DNA of 64,000 nucleotides, from NCBI GenBank assembly GCA_951406725.2, contig OX597834.1, forward strand, positions 41,292,001 through 41,356,000. The letters run 5' to 3'. This DNA is from Octopus vulgaris. Lineage: Eukaryota. Under the pieces are notes generated by a model, which worked only from the letters and a program-made list of their open reading frames with translations, searched no databases and was not told where the DNA came from. Of the stretch, positions 13,258-26,188 are shown piece after piece. The stretch's first letter is position 1; the number at the start of each line of letters is the position of its first letter. A program made the translations under genes and the position numbers.

Positions 13258-13856
13258 CTATTTCTTTACTACCCACAAGGGGCTAAACACAGAGAGGACA
13301 AACAAGGACAAACGGATTGTAAATTGTGTATATAAATATCAATAGATTTGTGCGTATATATTTATATGTGTGTGTATATATGTATATATACATTTGTGTG
13401 CGAGTACGCGTGTGTGTGAGTGTTCGTGTGAGTGTGTTTGTGTGTGCATGTAGGAATATATATGTATGTATATACAGACATATATATATATACCGGAGTA
13501 AACACATAAATGTATCGACCCTAGTGCGTAACTGGTACTTATTTAATCGACCCTGAAAGGATGAAAGGCAAAGTCGACCTCGGCGGAATTTGAACTCAGA
13601 ACGTAGCGGCAGATGAAATACCTATTTCTTTATTACCCACTAGGGGCTAAACACAGAGGGGACAAACAAGGACAGACATAGGTATTAAGTCGATTACATC
13701 GACCCCAGTTGCGTAACTGGTACTTAATTTATCGACCCCGAAAGGATGAAAGGCAAAGTCGATCTCGGCGGAATTTGAACTCAGAACGTAGCGGCAGACG
13801 AAATACCGCTAAGCATTTCGCCTGGCGGGCTAACGATTTTGCCAAGCTCGCCGCCC
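13258..13856 (-). mobile_element. Tandem family N SINE dimer with an internal ~195-bp insertion
   Basis: Two Nin-like cores; insertion 13318-13512 is an inverted copy of 12125-12382. Confidence 0.85.
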
Positions 13857-14411
13857 TTATTATATAATAACTAGTATTATATCTTGAGTTGTTAGCATTT
13901 TACTCCCAGCCGTAGCTTCGCTTTCTCTCGTTTGTTAATGAAGGCGAAAGCAGCGAAGCGTTCAATTCTTCACTTTTCATGACAACTGAACTTATCAAAC
14001 GTACTTTTAAGGAACCCCTACATCGTCGTTTGGCTCGTGAGAAATAACAGCCATTGTTTCTTTAAATCACACTTTTACCGTTTAAATAAAGAAGCATACA
14101 AAAGGACAGGAAGATCAATATTAGAAATGTCTTTTATTAACAATCTGCTGGATCAAATCTGAGTTCCGTCGGGCTAAAGGAGTAGAAGTAGAAAAAAAAG
14201 AAGCAGTAGAAGAAGGAGGAAGAGGAGGAGAAGAAGAAGCAGTAGAAGAAGGAGGAGAAGAAGAAGAAGAAAAAAGAAGCAGAAGAAGAAGAAGAAGAAA
14301 AAGAAGCAGAAGCAGAAGAAGAAGAAGAAGAAGGAGAAGAAGAACAACAGCAACAGCAGCAGCAACAACAACAACAACAACAACATTAACAAGTTTTCAA
14401 ACAAAAGATGT

Positions 14412-14700
14412 GAAGGCGCATGGCTTATTGGTTAGGGTAATCGGTTCACGATCGTAAGGTTGTGAGTTCGATTCTCGGCAGCGCGTTGTTTCCTTGAGCA
14501 AGACACTTTGTTTCACGCTGCTCCAGTTTGCTCAACTGACAAAAAGGAATTGTACCTGTAATTCAAAGCCTTGTCACATGTTACGTCACGCCGCTGAATC
14601 TCCCTGAAAACTACGTTAAGGATACGCGTGTCTGTAGAGTGCTCAGCCGATTGCACGAGCAGGTTGTTCCGTTGATTGGATCCACTGGAATCATCGTGGC
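14412..14700 (+). mobile_element. tRNA-derived SINE, head B + tail T1
   Basis: GAAGGCGCATGGCTTATTGGTTAGGG...GAGTTCGATTCTC...CCTTGAGCAAGACACTTT...CTGAATCTCCCTGAAAACTACGTTAAGG. Confidence 0.8.
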
Positions 14701-14743
14701 AAAATATCAACAGAGAATATTTGTTCTATATTTATGTATTTCC

Positions 14744-15060
14744 TGTTGTGTCTGGGGAGAGTCAGTTTCTTTTTGTGCCTTATAATGTAACACACTCACC
14801 GGTAAAATTTCCACTTTTTTTTTCTTATTTTTATTTACCTAAAATTTTCGTTGCGTCTTGCAACCTTTCTAATAGTCAAGGCTACAGAAAAGTTTGTAAG
14901 ACGCAACGAAAATTTTAGGAAAATAAAAATAAGAAATAAAATGGAAATTTTACCGGTGAGTGTATAAACAGAAAATGACTTTCCCCAGACACAACAGAAT
15001 ATGCTTCAACACACGAACTCACATAAAGAATCTTGCAAACCAAATCCCAAAACAAAATAT
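14744..15060. mobile_element. Palindromic element (probable Penelope-like terminus) with degenerate hammerhead-like arms
   Basis: TGTTGTGTCTGGGGA..CACTCACCGGTAAAATTTCCA..CGTTGCGTCTT mirrored at 14886-14997. Confidence 0.7.
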
Positions 15061-15265
15061 GTATTTTCTATTTTGTTTTCTAATTCGGGTTCAGTCTTTC
15101 GTCTGCCATTAAGAAATATTTCAGATGAGACGATTTGGAGCATATCTTAGTTTCCACAGCGTTAAGCTGATTGAAAAACATATTTTTGCTTTGCCAGGGG
15201 AAGTAGAAATTAATGCATGCCTTGAAGAGAGAACTTAAGTTTAGAAATTTAAGCTTTCTAAATAT

Positions 15266-15456
15266 CGGTTTCAAATTCTGGCATAAGGCCAGCAATTTCG
15301 CAGGAGGGGGTAAGTCGATTACATCGGCCCCAGTGCTCAACTGGTACTTATTTTAGCGACCCCGAAAGAATTCGATCTCGGCCGAAGAACAGCGACGGAC
15401 GAAATGCCGCTGAGGATTTTGCCCGGCACGACTAACAATTCTGCTAGCTCGCCGCC
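15266..15456 (-). mobile_element. Family N SINE (older tail type) with a 17-bp TSD
   Basis: TTAAGCTTTCTAAATAT at 15249-15265 and 15457-15473. Confidence 0.85.
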
Positions 15457-15708
15457 TTAAGCTTTCTAAATATTAACCATTTATGAATCACATCTTTTTG
15501 TAGAGAAAACATTATTCGCAATAATATATTATATTCACGTCAAGGCAGATATATTACTTGGAGTGGAGAGTTGTTTAGCGCCGGATCAAATTTATCGAGA
15601 AGATTTGAATAAAGTCATAACGGAGTCGTAAAGGTATTTTTATGACATACGGCGTGCTTTGAGCACTGACATCAGACGAATCACAATTTTTGCCAAGTCT
15701 GACTACAG

Positions 15709-15956
<248 letters not shown>

Positions 15957-16013
15957 TATATATATATATATATATATATACTTTATTTAAAGCAGCAGAA
16001 AATTCAACAAAAC

Positions 16014-16051
16014 CTGTTACTCTGAGTTTCACGTTGCCGTTCATCGGACAG
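16014..16051 (-). ncRNA. Minimal type I hammerhead ribozyme, U4C variant (same family as 11998)
   Basis: Minus strand CUGU-CCGAUGA-ACG(GCAA)CGU-GAAA-CUC(A)GAG-UA-ACAG, within an ~80-bp island (15981-16058) between TA tracts. Confidence 0.75.
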
Positions 16052-16056
16052 TTTCC

Positions 16057-16136
<80 letters not shown>

Positions 16137-16140
16137 CATG

Positions 16141-16211
<71 letters not shown>

Positions 16212-16478
16212 ATATATGTTAGTATCTATGGAAACGTGTGTGTGTTTGTGTATTTAGGTGTTTTCTTTGAGAATTATTTAAACTATTTTTCGCAGAATTC
16301 AGGCCGGTTGCCGAGGCATTGACAAGATTTCATTGTTTGAATCAACTTAGTTTTGGGATTTTTCGAATGTACAAAGACAAGTTAAGGTGAGCCAATATGT
16401 GGGTGTATGTTTGTACACATGTAAATATGTATAGGAATTTGTGAATGTTTGAATGTAATTGGTGTACAAATATATATC

Positions 16479-16479
<1 letters not shown>

Positions 16480-16549
<70 letters not shown>

Positions 16550-16975
16550 CATTGTGTACAGTGCTCAGGTGCACTACAACTCATCTAAAGTGTATATATA
16601 ATCAGGTGTAGTTTCGGCGGATTTCGGAAAGCATGAGGGCCTTAAAGGATGCAGTGTCATGGCAGTCAACAACTGACGCAGGCAGTTTATTCCACGCTTC
16701 AGCAACTCTGAGCGTGAAAAAATGTTTCCGAAAGTCATGGGAGCTGTGTTGTTTTCTGACTTTGTAGGCATGTCCACGTGTGTTAGACACATGGAGATCA
16801 AAAAGGTGTTCAGTGTTGTTGTTGGTGAGGTGGTTGATAACCTTGTGGGTGTTTACCAAGTCCATCGCCAGACGCCGGAGCTTCAGTGAATCTATGCTCA
16901 GGGAAACATGGCGCTCAGAGTATGGTAGGTGTCTGATGGAGGGTATGCGTTTGGTTGCATTTTGTTGCAACCACT
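16480..16975 (-). mobile_element. 3' end of a CR1-group LINE with an (ATT)n tail
   Basis: QQNATKRIPSIRHLPYSER...SLKLRRL..DL...NTRGHAYK...RKHFFTLRVAEAWNKLPASVV, then a short UTR and (ATT)n. Confidence 0.9.
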
Positions 16976-16977
16976 AT

Positions 16978-17160
16978 GTATGAGTGGTTGCTGAAAAGTT
17001 CCTGGCTTTGGGTGAAAGAAAATACAAGAGGATCAGTTAATTATGATTTTATTCAACTTATTCCCCTCTCAGATTCACGCAGCTATTGCAGCGGTCCTTC
17101 GGGTTTTCTGAGCCCTGTAAAAGAACTAGAAAGGTTGGGTCTTTTCAGCATCCACTGGTA
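16978..17160 (-). mobile_element. mariner-like element terminus
   Basis: TATGAGTGGTTGCTGAAAAGTTCCTGGC resembles a mariner TIR, followed by TTTTATTCAAC.TATTCCCCTCT typical of the reversed mariner C-terminus. Confidence 0.5.
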
Positions 17161-17332
17161 TATCTTGTAATCGAGTCTTAGCTTTTCAGTTGTACATAAT
17201 GGTAGGTGCTCTGATCAAAAACCTGAAAATAATGGGTGTTTCCAAGAAAGGTGAAAATTAATTGGCTTGCATCTTCCCAGCCAAATCAATTTGTGCTTGG
17301 TGAAGAATCGTAGAATATTTCGAATATTCATA

Positions 17333-17779
17333 GGCATAGGAGTGGCTGTGTGGTAGGTAGCTTGCTTATGAACTACATGGTTCCGGGTTCAGTCACACTG
17401 CGTGGCACCTTGAGCAAGTATCTTCTACTATAACCTCGGGCCAACCAAAGCTTTGTGAGTGGATTTGGTAGATGGAAACTGAAAGAAGACCATCGTATGT
17501 ATGTATGTATGTATGTATGTATGTATGTATGTATGTATGTATGTATGTATGTATGTATGTATGTATGTATGTGTGTGTATGTATGTGTGTGTGTATATGC
17601 TTGTGTGTCTGTGTTTGTCCCCAACAGCATCGCTTGACAACCGATGCTGGTGTGTTTACATCCCCGTAACTTAGCGGTTCGGCAGAAGAGACCGATAGAA
17701 TAAGTCCTGAGGTCGATGTGCTCGACTAAAGGCAGTCCTCCAGCATGACCACAGTGAAATGACTGAAACAAGTAAAGGA

Positions 17780-17780
<1 letters not shown>
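17333..17780 (+). mobile_element. CORE-like tRNA-derived SINE (family C) with an internal (TATG)n
   Basis: GGAGTGGCTGTGTGGTAG...GGTTCAGTC...CACCTTGAGCAAGT...GGAAACTGAAAGAAG-[microsatellite]-...CCAGCATGACCACAGT.AAATGACTGAAACAAGTAAA. Confidence 0.85.
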
Positions 17781-17823
<43 letters not shown>

Positions 17824-17992
17824 AAAGGGCTTAGTAAAATAAATTACTTTGCCACATACTGAACTCATTTATTTTACTAAGCCCTTTTATATAATGTAAT
17901 AATTTGAATTCGCCTTAAATGGTCCCTTTGCATACTGAATACTTGGTGAAATTGATTAATAATTAATTAATTTTACCCTCAATTGTTGAAAT

Positions 17993-18025
<33 letters not shown>

Positions 18026-18075
18026 GTATATATATATATATATATATATGTATATTATATATATATATATATGTA

Positions 18076-18285
18076 GAGGCGCAATGGCCTAGTGGTTAGG
18101 GCAGCGGACTCGCGGTCGTAGGATCGCGGTTTCGATTCTCAGACCGGGCGTTGTGTGTGTTTATTGAGCGAAAACACCTAAAAGCTCTACGAGGCTCCGG
18201 CATGGGGTGGTGATCCCTGCTGTACTCTTTCACCACAATGGCGGTGCCCCAGCATGGCCACAGCTCAAGAGCTGAAACTGGAAAA
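18076..18285 (+). mobile_element. SINE head A joined to the CR1/L2-group LINE 3' tail
   Basis: Head as at 25344; 31 nt AATGGCGGTGCCCCAGCATGGCCACAGCTCA identical to 55141-55171. Confidence 0.85.
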
Positions 18286-19134
18286 ACAAAAACAAACAAA
18301 CAAAACAAAAAACAAAATATATATATTATATTAAATTAGAGATAAAACCACTATTAGGCAAATCAAACAGTGAAAATCATAAGCCAATACATAGAAATAA
18401 AATTAATTAAAAAATATAAAATATAAATATAAAAAATATAAAATATAAAATTCCAAATTAAAATATTTAAATTAAAGTTAAAATTAAAAAAATTATTTAA
18501 ATAATTTAAACTTATAAATTTTAAATATATATATATATTATAATAAGAGATATATATATTTTATTAATATTATTTTATTTTATTTTATTTATTTTTTTTT
18601 GTATGCATGTACGAATATGTATATATATAAACATATACGCACATGTTTATATGGACACGCACACGCACACATACACACACACATATATATATATAGAGAG
18701 AGAGAAAGAGAGAGACATACATATACATATATATATATATATATACACACCCAGACACAAATGTATATAGAAGAATGCGTATCGCGCTGATTGGTTGATT
18801 GAACGTTCGATACATTGATTACCATTTACCAAATGTGTCAATCTCTCACCTTGTAATCTGTGTCGCGCGTGTCAGCATACACCTCACAGAGGCACACACG
18901 TTACAAGCAGAACATGAACACATACAAAGACATACTCGCGCATACCCCGCCCCGTTCTCTCTCTCGTTCTTTGTCTCACACACAACCCAACTCTCTCTCT
19001 CTCTCTCTCTCTCCCTCTCATACACACACACAGTAACACATAACACGGTTCACTTTGTGATTGCCAGTAATGTTGGGACCGACAGCTGTGGTTGCACACC
19101 ACTCACATCTCAGCTGTTACTACATTAATATAGA

Positions 19135-19855
19135 TTTCAAACTTTGGCACAAGGCCAGCAATTTTTGTCTGTCCTTGTTTGTCCCTTCTATGTTTAGCCC
19201 CTTGTGGGCAATAAAGAAATATCGAAGGCGGCGAGCTGGCAGAAACGTTAGCACGTCGGCGAAATGCGTAGCCGTATTTCGTCTGCCGTTACGTTCTGAG
19301 TTCAAATTCCGCCGAGGTCGACTTTGCCTTTCATCCTTTCAGGGTCGATAAATTAAGTACCAGTTACGCACTGGGGTCGATATAATCGACTTAATCCGTT
19401 TGTCTGTCCTTGTTTGTCCCCTCTGTGTGTAGCCCCTTGTGGGTAATAAAGAAATATATATCGAAGGAATGCCGAATAATTGGAAGGCGGCGAGCTGGCA
19501 GAAACTTTAGCACGCCAGGCGAAAATCTTAGCAGTATTTCGTCTGCCGCTACTTTCTGAGTTCAAATTCCGCCGAGGTCGACTTTGCCTATCCATCCTTT
19601 CGAGGTCGATTAAATAAGTACCAGTTACGCACTGGGGTCGATATAATCGACTTAATCCGTTTATCTGTCTTTGTTTGTCCTCTCTGTGTTTAGCCCCTTG
19701 TGACTCCAGTGTTCAACTGGTTCTTATTTTATCGACCCCAAAAGGATGAAAGGCAAAGTCGACTTCGGCTGAATTTGAACTCAAAACATGAAGACGGACG
19801 AAATGTCGTTCGGCATTTTGTTCGGCACGCTAACGTTTTTTGCGAGCTCACCTCT
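19135..19855. mobile_element. Tandem family N SINEs (+, 19166-19701) nested in an older minus-strand family N copy
   Basis: Old-type tail at 19135-19165 and its body at 19702-19855 flank the repeated + units. Confidence 0.75.
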
Positions 19856-19864
19856 TTGATATAC

Positions 19865-20100
19865 TCTTTTACTCTTTTACTTGTTTCAGTCATTTGACTG
19901 TGGCCATGCTAGAGCATTGCCTTTAGTCGAGCAAATCGACCCCAGGACTTGTAAGCATAGTATTTACTCTATCGGTCTCTTTTGTCGAACCGCTAGGTTA
20001 CAGGGACGTAAACACATCGCCATTGGTTGTCAAGCGATGTTGGGGGACAAACACAGACACACAAACATACACCCCACACACACCCACACTCATATATACG
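19865..20100 (-). mobile_element. Family C SINE, 3' half
   Basis: CTCTTTTACTTGTTTCAGTCATTTGACTGTGGCCATGCT...GACAAACACAGACAC. Confidence 0.8.
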
Positions 20101-20206
20101 ACACAGTAATGAAACATACACTTTTGTGTAATATTGTAGCACACGTCTCTACTAGTGCAAGTTTATCCGTACGCAAACTCATGCACATAACACGCACGCA
20201 TATGCA

Positions 20207-21099
20207 CAGGGTTTTTGGGCAAAATTTGAAAGTTTGCATTATAGGAAACGAAAGCACAAAATCCCATCCAAAAATAAAAGAATTTAAAAAATTAAAAAAG
20301 TATCAAGAAGATTAAAGCTTGGAAGATATCAGTTTACTCAGAATAGCCACACTCATCTTCAACCAAGGCCTCAAGACAGCTCCGGAACCAGGCGCATGCG
20401 TTCCTCATTGCGTTGCTTGGAAGATCTTCCAAAAACTCCTCGAGCTTCGCCGCCAGCCTGACCTTGGTGTTGCAAGCAGAGCGGTTAGTGTCTTTCTCAA
20501 GTGCGCATAGTAACCTATCGGATTACAATCAGGGGAATTAGGAGGCCAGAAATTGGGGCTGGTGAAGTCGTAGAAATTCTCCGACAACCAGTTCAAACAT
20601 TATCCGGAAGCATGGCAAGGAACCGAATCCTACTGTCACACATGGATCTTGTAGCAGCTACTCTTTCCAGCCAAGGCTTGACCACCCTCAGCAGCTTCAC
20701 ATAGCTGTTTGAAACGAGCCTTGTCCAAAGATGTGGGGTGGCTTTGACGTCACTTGCACTGGAGCCTCACTCAAAGATCGTAAACGTTTAGGGGAACTTG
20801 GCTTCCATGATACGTGGGACAAGTCTTATAGCCTGTACAAGTATTCGCAGAGCATTGAGCAGCAGTTGTGATGTCGGCATTTTGACACTCGGAGCGAACC
20901 ACCATGAGACAGGTAACTCTTTTCCAATATTCAGATGGCTTCCAGAAGTCTGTGAAGTCAGCTATCTTTTCCTTAACTGCAACTTTAATTTCCATACTTT
21001 CCAAGGCCGTTGACTATTCACCAATATATATAAAGCCCTTCCTGAAAAAAAAAAAGAAGAAAAACAAGATAAAAATCGCTAAATTTTGCCCGAACACCG
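20207..21099 (-). mobile_element. Internally deleted Tc1/mariner transposon with both TIRs
   Basis: TIRs CAGGGTTTTTGGGCAAAATTT / AAATTTTGCCCGAACACCG then TA; transposase motif WPPNSPDCNPIGYY. Confidence 0.85.
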
Positions 21100-21310
21100 T
21101 AAACATACTAATTCAGGTGACCGCAATCTGAAGAGCTGTCTTGACATGAGCAAATGAGCCTGGCCCACATTGTTAGGAACTGACTGGAATTTTGCAATGG
21201 GGTGAGGTAACTTAAAATAAAATAATAAATCCAAATAAAATATATATAAATGCATATATACATACCTTTATATATGCTTATATAAATGCATGTTTGCATT
21301 CATGTATACT

Positions 21311-21342
<32 letters not shown>

Positions 21343-21399
21343 CATATACATATATATATATATATATATATGCATGTGTGTGTGTATATATATATATGC

Positions 21400-21490
<91 letters not shown>

Positions 21491-22212
21491 TTATATACAT
21501 GTACACATACACATATATTTATATACGAATGTATGTATGTATGTATGCATGTCTGTATGACTATAATATGTATGTATTTATGTATGTATATACATATACA
21601 CATAAACACAGCTGTTGCGTGTCGCTTAAAGAGATTTCGTGTACGATTCTCACCTTTCCTGGAAATGTTATGTAAATGTCAGAGACAACAACTGTAATAG
21701 TGACGGGTGGAGTGGGGGATAGCGTGATTTTTTGTAAAATTGCACTGAAGCAGGCAATTTGTATCATTGAGGGTGCAAATTCAATGGGAGTCGGAGGAAG
21801 GAGAACAAGATATAAAGTGACAGGAAGAGAGAGAGAGAGAGGGAGGAAGAGAGAGAGAGAGAGAGGGAGGAAGAGAAGAGAGGTGGATAAAGAAAGGTGT
21901 AAGGATGAAACTCAAAAGAGATAAGACATAAATATACGAAAGAGAAATACAGAGAAGAGACTGATAAGGAACAAAAATAGAGAACAATATGTCGATCAAC
22001 AGATTGACAGACATACGTATAAACATATATAAAAACATGCATATATACATATATATATAAATACATACATACACATACATACACACAAATGCACATACAC
22101 AGGTACTCACATACATATATAGGGACAAATTGACAGAAGCAAAGAAAATACGGAAAAGTCTGAGAGAGAAGCACAAGGAAAGAAACACACACATTCACAG
22201 ACGCATAAATAT

Positions 22213-22285
22213 ACAGTAATTCCTCGCAATATCGCGGTTCATCTATCGCGGTTCACCTATCGCGGTTCACCTATCGCGGTTTATT
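22213..22285 (+). mobile_element. pogo/Tigger-like terminus with 14-bp subterminal repeats
   Basis: TA-CAGTAATTCCTCGCAATATCGCGGTTCA followed by repeated TATCGCGGTTCACC. Confidence 0.5.
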
Positions 22286-22289
22286 ATTT

Positions 22290-23395
22290 AAGCTTACGTC
22301 GATTCGTAACGGAATGTATTTTAGAAGTGGTAGGATGTGTAGATCCCGAAAAAGTTAACAAATATAAAGAGGTGCATCTTTCAAGGAGGACTAATACAGA
22401 TCGACAGCATGAATTGGCCTGTAATGTAAGAGAGCAATTGAAAAATGTAATCCTAAAAGAAAATATATATTGTTCTGTAGCTTTGGATGAATCGATAGAT
22501 TCCACAGATTCAGTGCAAGTATTGCCTTGTATTCGTGCTATAACTGATGATTTTCAATTATATGAAGAATTATTTGCTTTAGGCACCCTTAAAGGAAGGA
22601 CGCGAGGGATAGATATTTTTAACAACTTCAAAGAGCCATGACATAAAGTAGGACTAAGTTTTACTAATGTGGTAAGTGTGTGCATGGATCGTGCTCCAGC
22701 TATGATGGCTGAAAATGAAGGATTTATTGCATATCATAAATGAGTAACCAAAAAACCAAATGTACTGATCTCTTTTCATTGTATCTTACATCAGTAAAAT
22801 CTCTGTGCAAAATCTGTCATTTTAAATGACACTGCAGAAGGTTATAAATATTGTAAACTATGTTCAAGCAAATGCTCTGAAACATCGTCAATTGTGGAAT
22901 CATGCTGATGATGGGTGACGAAGTAATTAATGTGGATTTGCCTTATCACTGCAAAAGTACGCTGGTTGTCGCAAGGGAAAAATATTGGTCAAAATTTTGT
23001 TTTTACGAAGGCAAATAATTTGACTTTTTCAAACATTGTGATTTATCTGATCCAAATTTTTACAGAGATGTTGCGTTTTTATGTGATGTGATGTCAAAAC
23101 AAAATGAGTCAAACATTTCGTTGCAAGGCAAAAATAAATGTGGTAAAAACTTTGGGCTTTTAGAAAAACATTGTCGTTTTTCAAATTCCTTTTGGCTCAA
23201 CCAAAACTTTCAGAAGAACACTTTCCTCAGCTTACGAACGTAATTAGTGAAAATGAAGAAAATATCTATGAATTTTTGAAGAATACGAGTCAGTTCTAGA
23301 CTCATTAATAGACGAATATAATAAAAGATAAAATGATTTTGAAAAACATGACATCACTCTGAAACTTGCCTTTCAGCTTCACTTAGATGATGTAT
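22290..23395 (+). mobile_element. Decayed hAT (Charlie/SPIN, GTF2IRD2-like) transposase
   Basis: CSVALDESIDSTD, LYEELFALGTLKGRTRGIDIF, CMDRAPAM, SFHCILHQ*NLCAK, VRWLSQG with stops and frameshifts. Confidence 0.88.
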
Positions 23396-23769
23396 CATTC
23401 GCCATCGTCTTTGTCGTCTTCTCTTTTCTTCGTCTTCCTTTTTCTCTGTTTCGACATTCATTTCCATCATTCCCCTAACCCAGCGACTTTCATCATTCTT
23501 TAGCTATTTCATTCCATTCCTCGTCACAGCATCCATCACCACCTCATTTTTCACAATCTTCAGCAATTCATAACTGTCACTAAATATAAATAATTTGTCG
23601 CATCTTTTTAAAGTCGATGGAAGAGTTTGACAAGTTTAATTGTCATGAAGGGTTACGAAACAAACTGTTTTATAGTCGGGTAGTGTTACTTTAGTTCGTG
23701 TAGTGAACACTAGAAGAAAGCTAATTGAAGTAATGAACCTCTGAATAATTTCTGTCAGTGTTTATTTTT

Positions 23770-24192
23770 TAATGCAACATATGGATGCGAAACCTGGACA
23801 CTAAATTAAGCTGACCAGAAGATAATTAATGCATTCAAGCTTTGGTGTTGGAGAAGACTTTTAAGGATTCCATGGACAGCGAGGCTCACCGATGGAGAAG
23901 TTCTTAACCAGATCAAGCCGAAACTGTTGTTAGAAGCTAGGATCACCAAGCATAGATTGGCATATTTCGGTTATGCGGAGAAAATCCCTGGAGAAGGATA
24001 TCATGCTCGGAATGGTTAGTGGCAAGAGAGGAAGAGGCCGACCAAAAACCTGCTGGCTTGACACCATCAAGAGTGACACGGGAATGGCCATATCCAATCT
24101 GAAAGAAGCGACACAGGATAGAACTGGCTGGAGGTCACTGATCCATCGAGTAACCGAGAGTCGACTTCGACTGAACGGATAGACAGAGAGAT
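23770..24192 (+). mobile_element. RTE (BovB-like) LINE 3' end
   Basis: YGCETWTL...AFKLWCWRRLLRIPWTAR...LEKDIMLGMVSGKRGRGRPKTCWLD...WRSLIHRVTESRLRL. Confidence 0.9.
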
Positions 24193-24813
24193 AGAATTTT
24201 TACGCCCACACGTGTATGGCATTTTGCATCTACTTAGTGGTTATTCCATTACCACTTCGGTAAGAACAGCAAAGGAATTCTATGATTCACTGAGGAGGTG
24301 TAACAAACATGAAACATGAAATGAATTCAACAAATAAAATGAATAAAAAAATATATATTAGTCATGGAGTTAATGTCCTTTCCACTCGGCATTATTATTA
24401 TTATTATTTTTAATTAGCTTGTTTTTTTATAAGCTCACTTCATTAAATATATCAACCCTAACTCAACTTTTGTTTTTTCTATGTGTTTCGCCTCTAATTA
24501 ATTTGCTTCGGTAATTTATTATTTAAAGTTGGCTTTAAAGGTCCCTGCATCACATATCTCTGTTCATTGTTCTTTCTGTCTCTCTAATCCCGCCGCCACC
24601 CTCTTAGATCTGGTTCCGACATCGCCTATTTCCCAGTAATTTAAACCAGATCTGCCACAGTCAGCGACTTCACAAGACACAGACATTTGAAACAGTCTCC
24701 GTGTTAACGTTTTCCTGACATTTCATTACACTTTTGTTCTACAACCATTTTATTACGTTCGTTTCCGGTTTGGCTACGGAACAACCCAAAAACAGTGGTA
24801 CCTATAGAAATCT

Positions 24814-25044
24814 GGCGGAGAGCTGGCAGAAACGTTAGCACGTCGGGCGAAATGCTTAGCGGTATTTCGTCTGCCGTTACGTTGTGAGTTCAAATTCCGC
24901 CGAGGTCGACTTTGCTTTTCATCCTTTCGGGGTCGATAAATTAAGTACCAGTTACGCACTGGGGTCGATGTAATCGACTTAATATCTATGTCTGTCCTTG
25001 TTTGTCCCCTCTGTGTTTAGTCCCTTGTGGGTAATAAAGAAATA
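24814..25044 (+). mobile_element. Full-length family N SINE with a 17-bp TSD
   Basis: GGTACCTATAGAAATCT at 24797-24813 and 25045-25061. Confidence 0.92.
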
Positions 25045-25343
25045 GGTACCTATAGAAATCTTATTTTGAAATAAATATTGCTGTGTGTGTATATATATAT
25101 ATATGTATTGTTATATTGTTGTTGTTGTTGTTGCTGTAGTTGTTTAGTTCCAGATCAACCCTAATCTATGATAAAAGTGCACAAGCCAACCAAGACTATC
25201 ACGACTGATTGTATATCTACGACAACATTAGCCAATATCTTCTTCGTTATTTTTAGACAGTATCTCGTAATTTGAGGGATATTTAGCTGTTACTACTAAC
25301 AAGTCAAGAAGTAGCAGCTGCACCAGCAGCAGCAACAGCAAGT

Positions 25344-25712
25344 GGAGGCGCAATGGTCCAATGGTTAGGGCAGCGGACTCGCGGTCGGAGGATCGCGGTT
25401 TCGATTCCCAGACCGGGCGTTGAGTGTGTTTATTGAACGAAAACACCCAAAGCTCCACGAGGCTCCGGCAGGGGGTGGGGTGGCGACCCCTGTTGTACTC
25501 TTTCGCCTCAACTTTCTCTCACTCTTTCTTCCTGCTTCTTGTCCCCGACTTCCTACGCAACCGCTGAGCCTGGATGCGCATTCATCCATCCGTCGATGCT
25601 CTCGGTGTCGGGGGTTGACCTGCTTTCTCTTCTGCGGGTCTTTCGAATAGCAAAGGACCACGTTTCGGACTTCTCCCATCTTGCGAGCTCTGGGACGAAG
25701 ACCGTTCGCTCA
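25344..25712 (+). mobile_element. tRNA-derived SINE, head A + tail T5, in (CAG/CAA)n
   Basis: GAGGCGCAATGGTCCAATGGTTAGGGCAGCGGACTCGCGG...GGTTTCGATTCCCAGACCGGGCG; tail not shared with other copies in the window. Confidence 0.8.
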
Positions 25713-25830
25713 ACAGCAACAGCAACAGCAGCGATACTATTAGTAGTTGTGCTATTAGTAGTGTGAAGGCCTCTGCCGCCATCTCTTCAGTTATCTGGCC
25801 ATCGGAAAAAAGCTTTTTTTCCGATGGCCG

Positions 25831-25891
25831 GAAAACTGAAGAGATGGTGGCGTGGATTTCCGACTCGGCATCCGAAACTCGGAGTTTTATC
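25831..25891 (+). ncRNA. Type I hammerhead ribozyme in the arm of a palindrome (25777-25850)
   Basis: GAAAA-CUGAAGA-GAUG(22 nt)CAUC-C-GAAA-CUC(G)GAG-UU-UUAUC; second copy at 52184-52244 (-). Confidence 0.7.
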
Positions 25892-26188
25892 ATGGCTACC
25901 GAATAATTGTCACATATTACATTTACAGATAAATTCCTCTATTTACATAATATCGAGGTCCCTTTCTTTCTTTTGTTATCTTACTATTGTTATCAATATA
26001 TATATATATATATATATAGAATGGTTGTATACTGTCAATCTAACGTGAACGTGACAGTAGGGGGTTACACCACCGCTGTTTAGCCCTAGGAAGCATCGAC
26101 GCCTCCTGATGGCTTTGACACATTTTTCCCGTGTCCTTATATACATTTACGAAGGGGAGACAAACACCCCCCAGCAGGCAGGCCTGCA

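Noticed and set aside
18076-18150. tRNA genes at SINE heads
   Set aside because: A/B boxes are present, but each continues into a SINE body with no clean cloverleaf end or terminator
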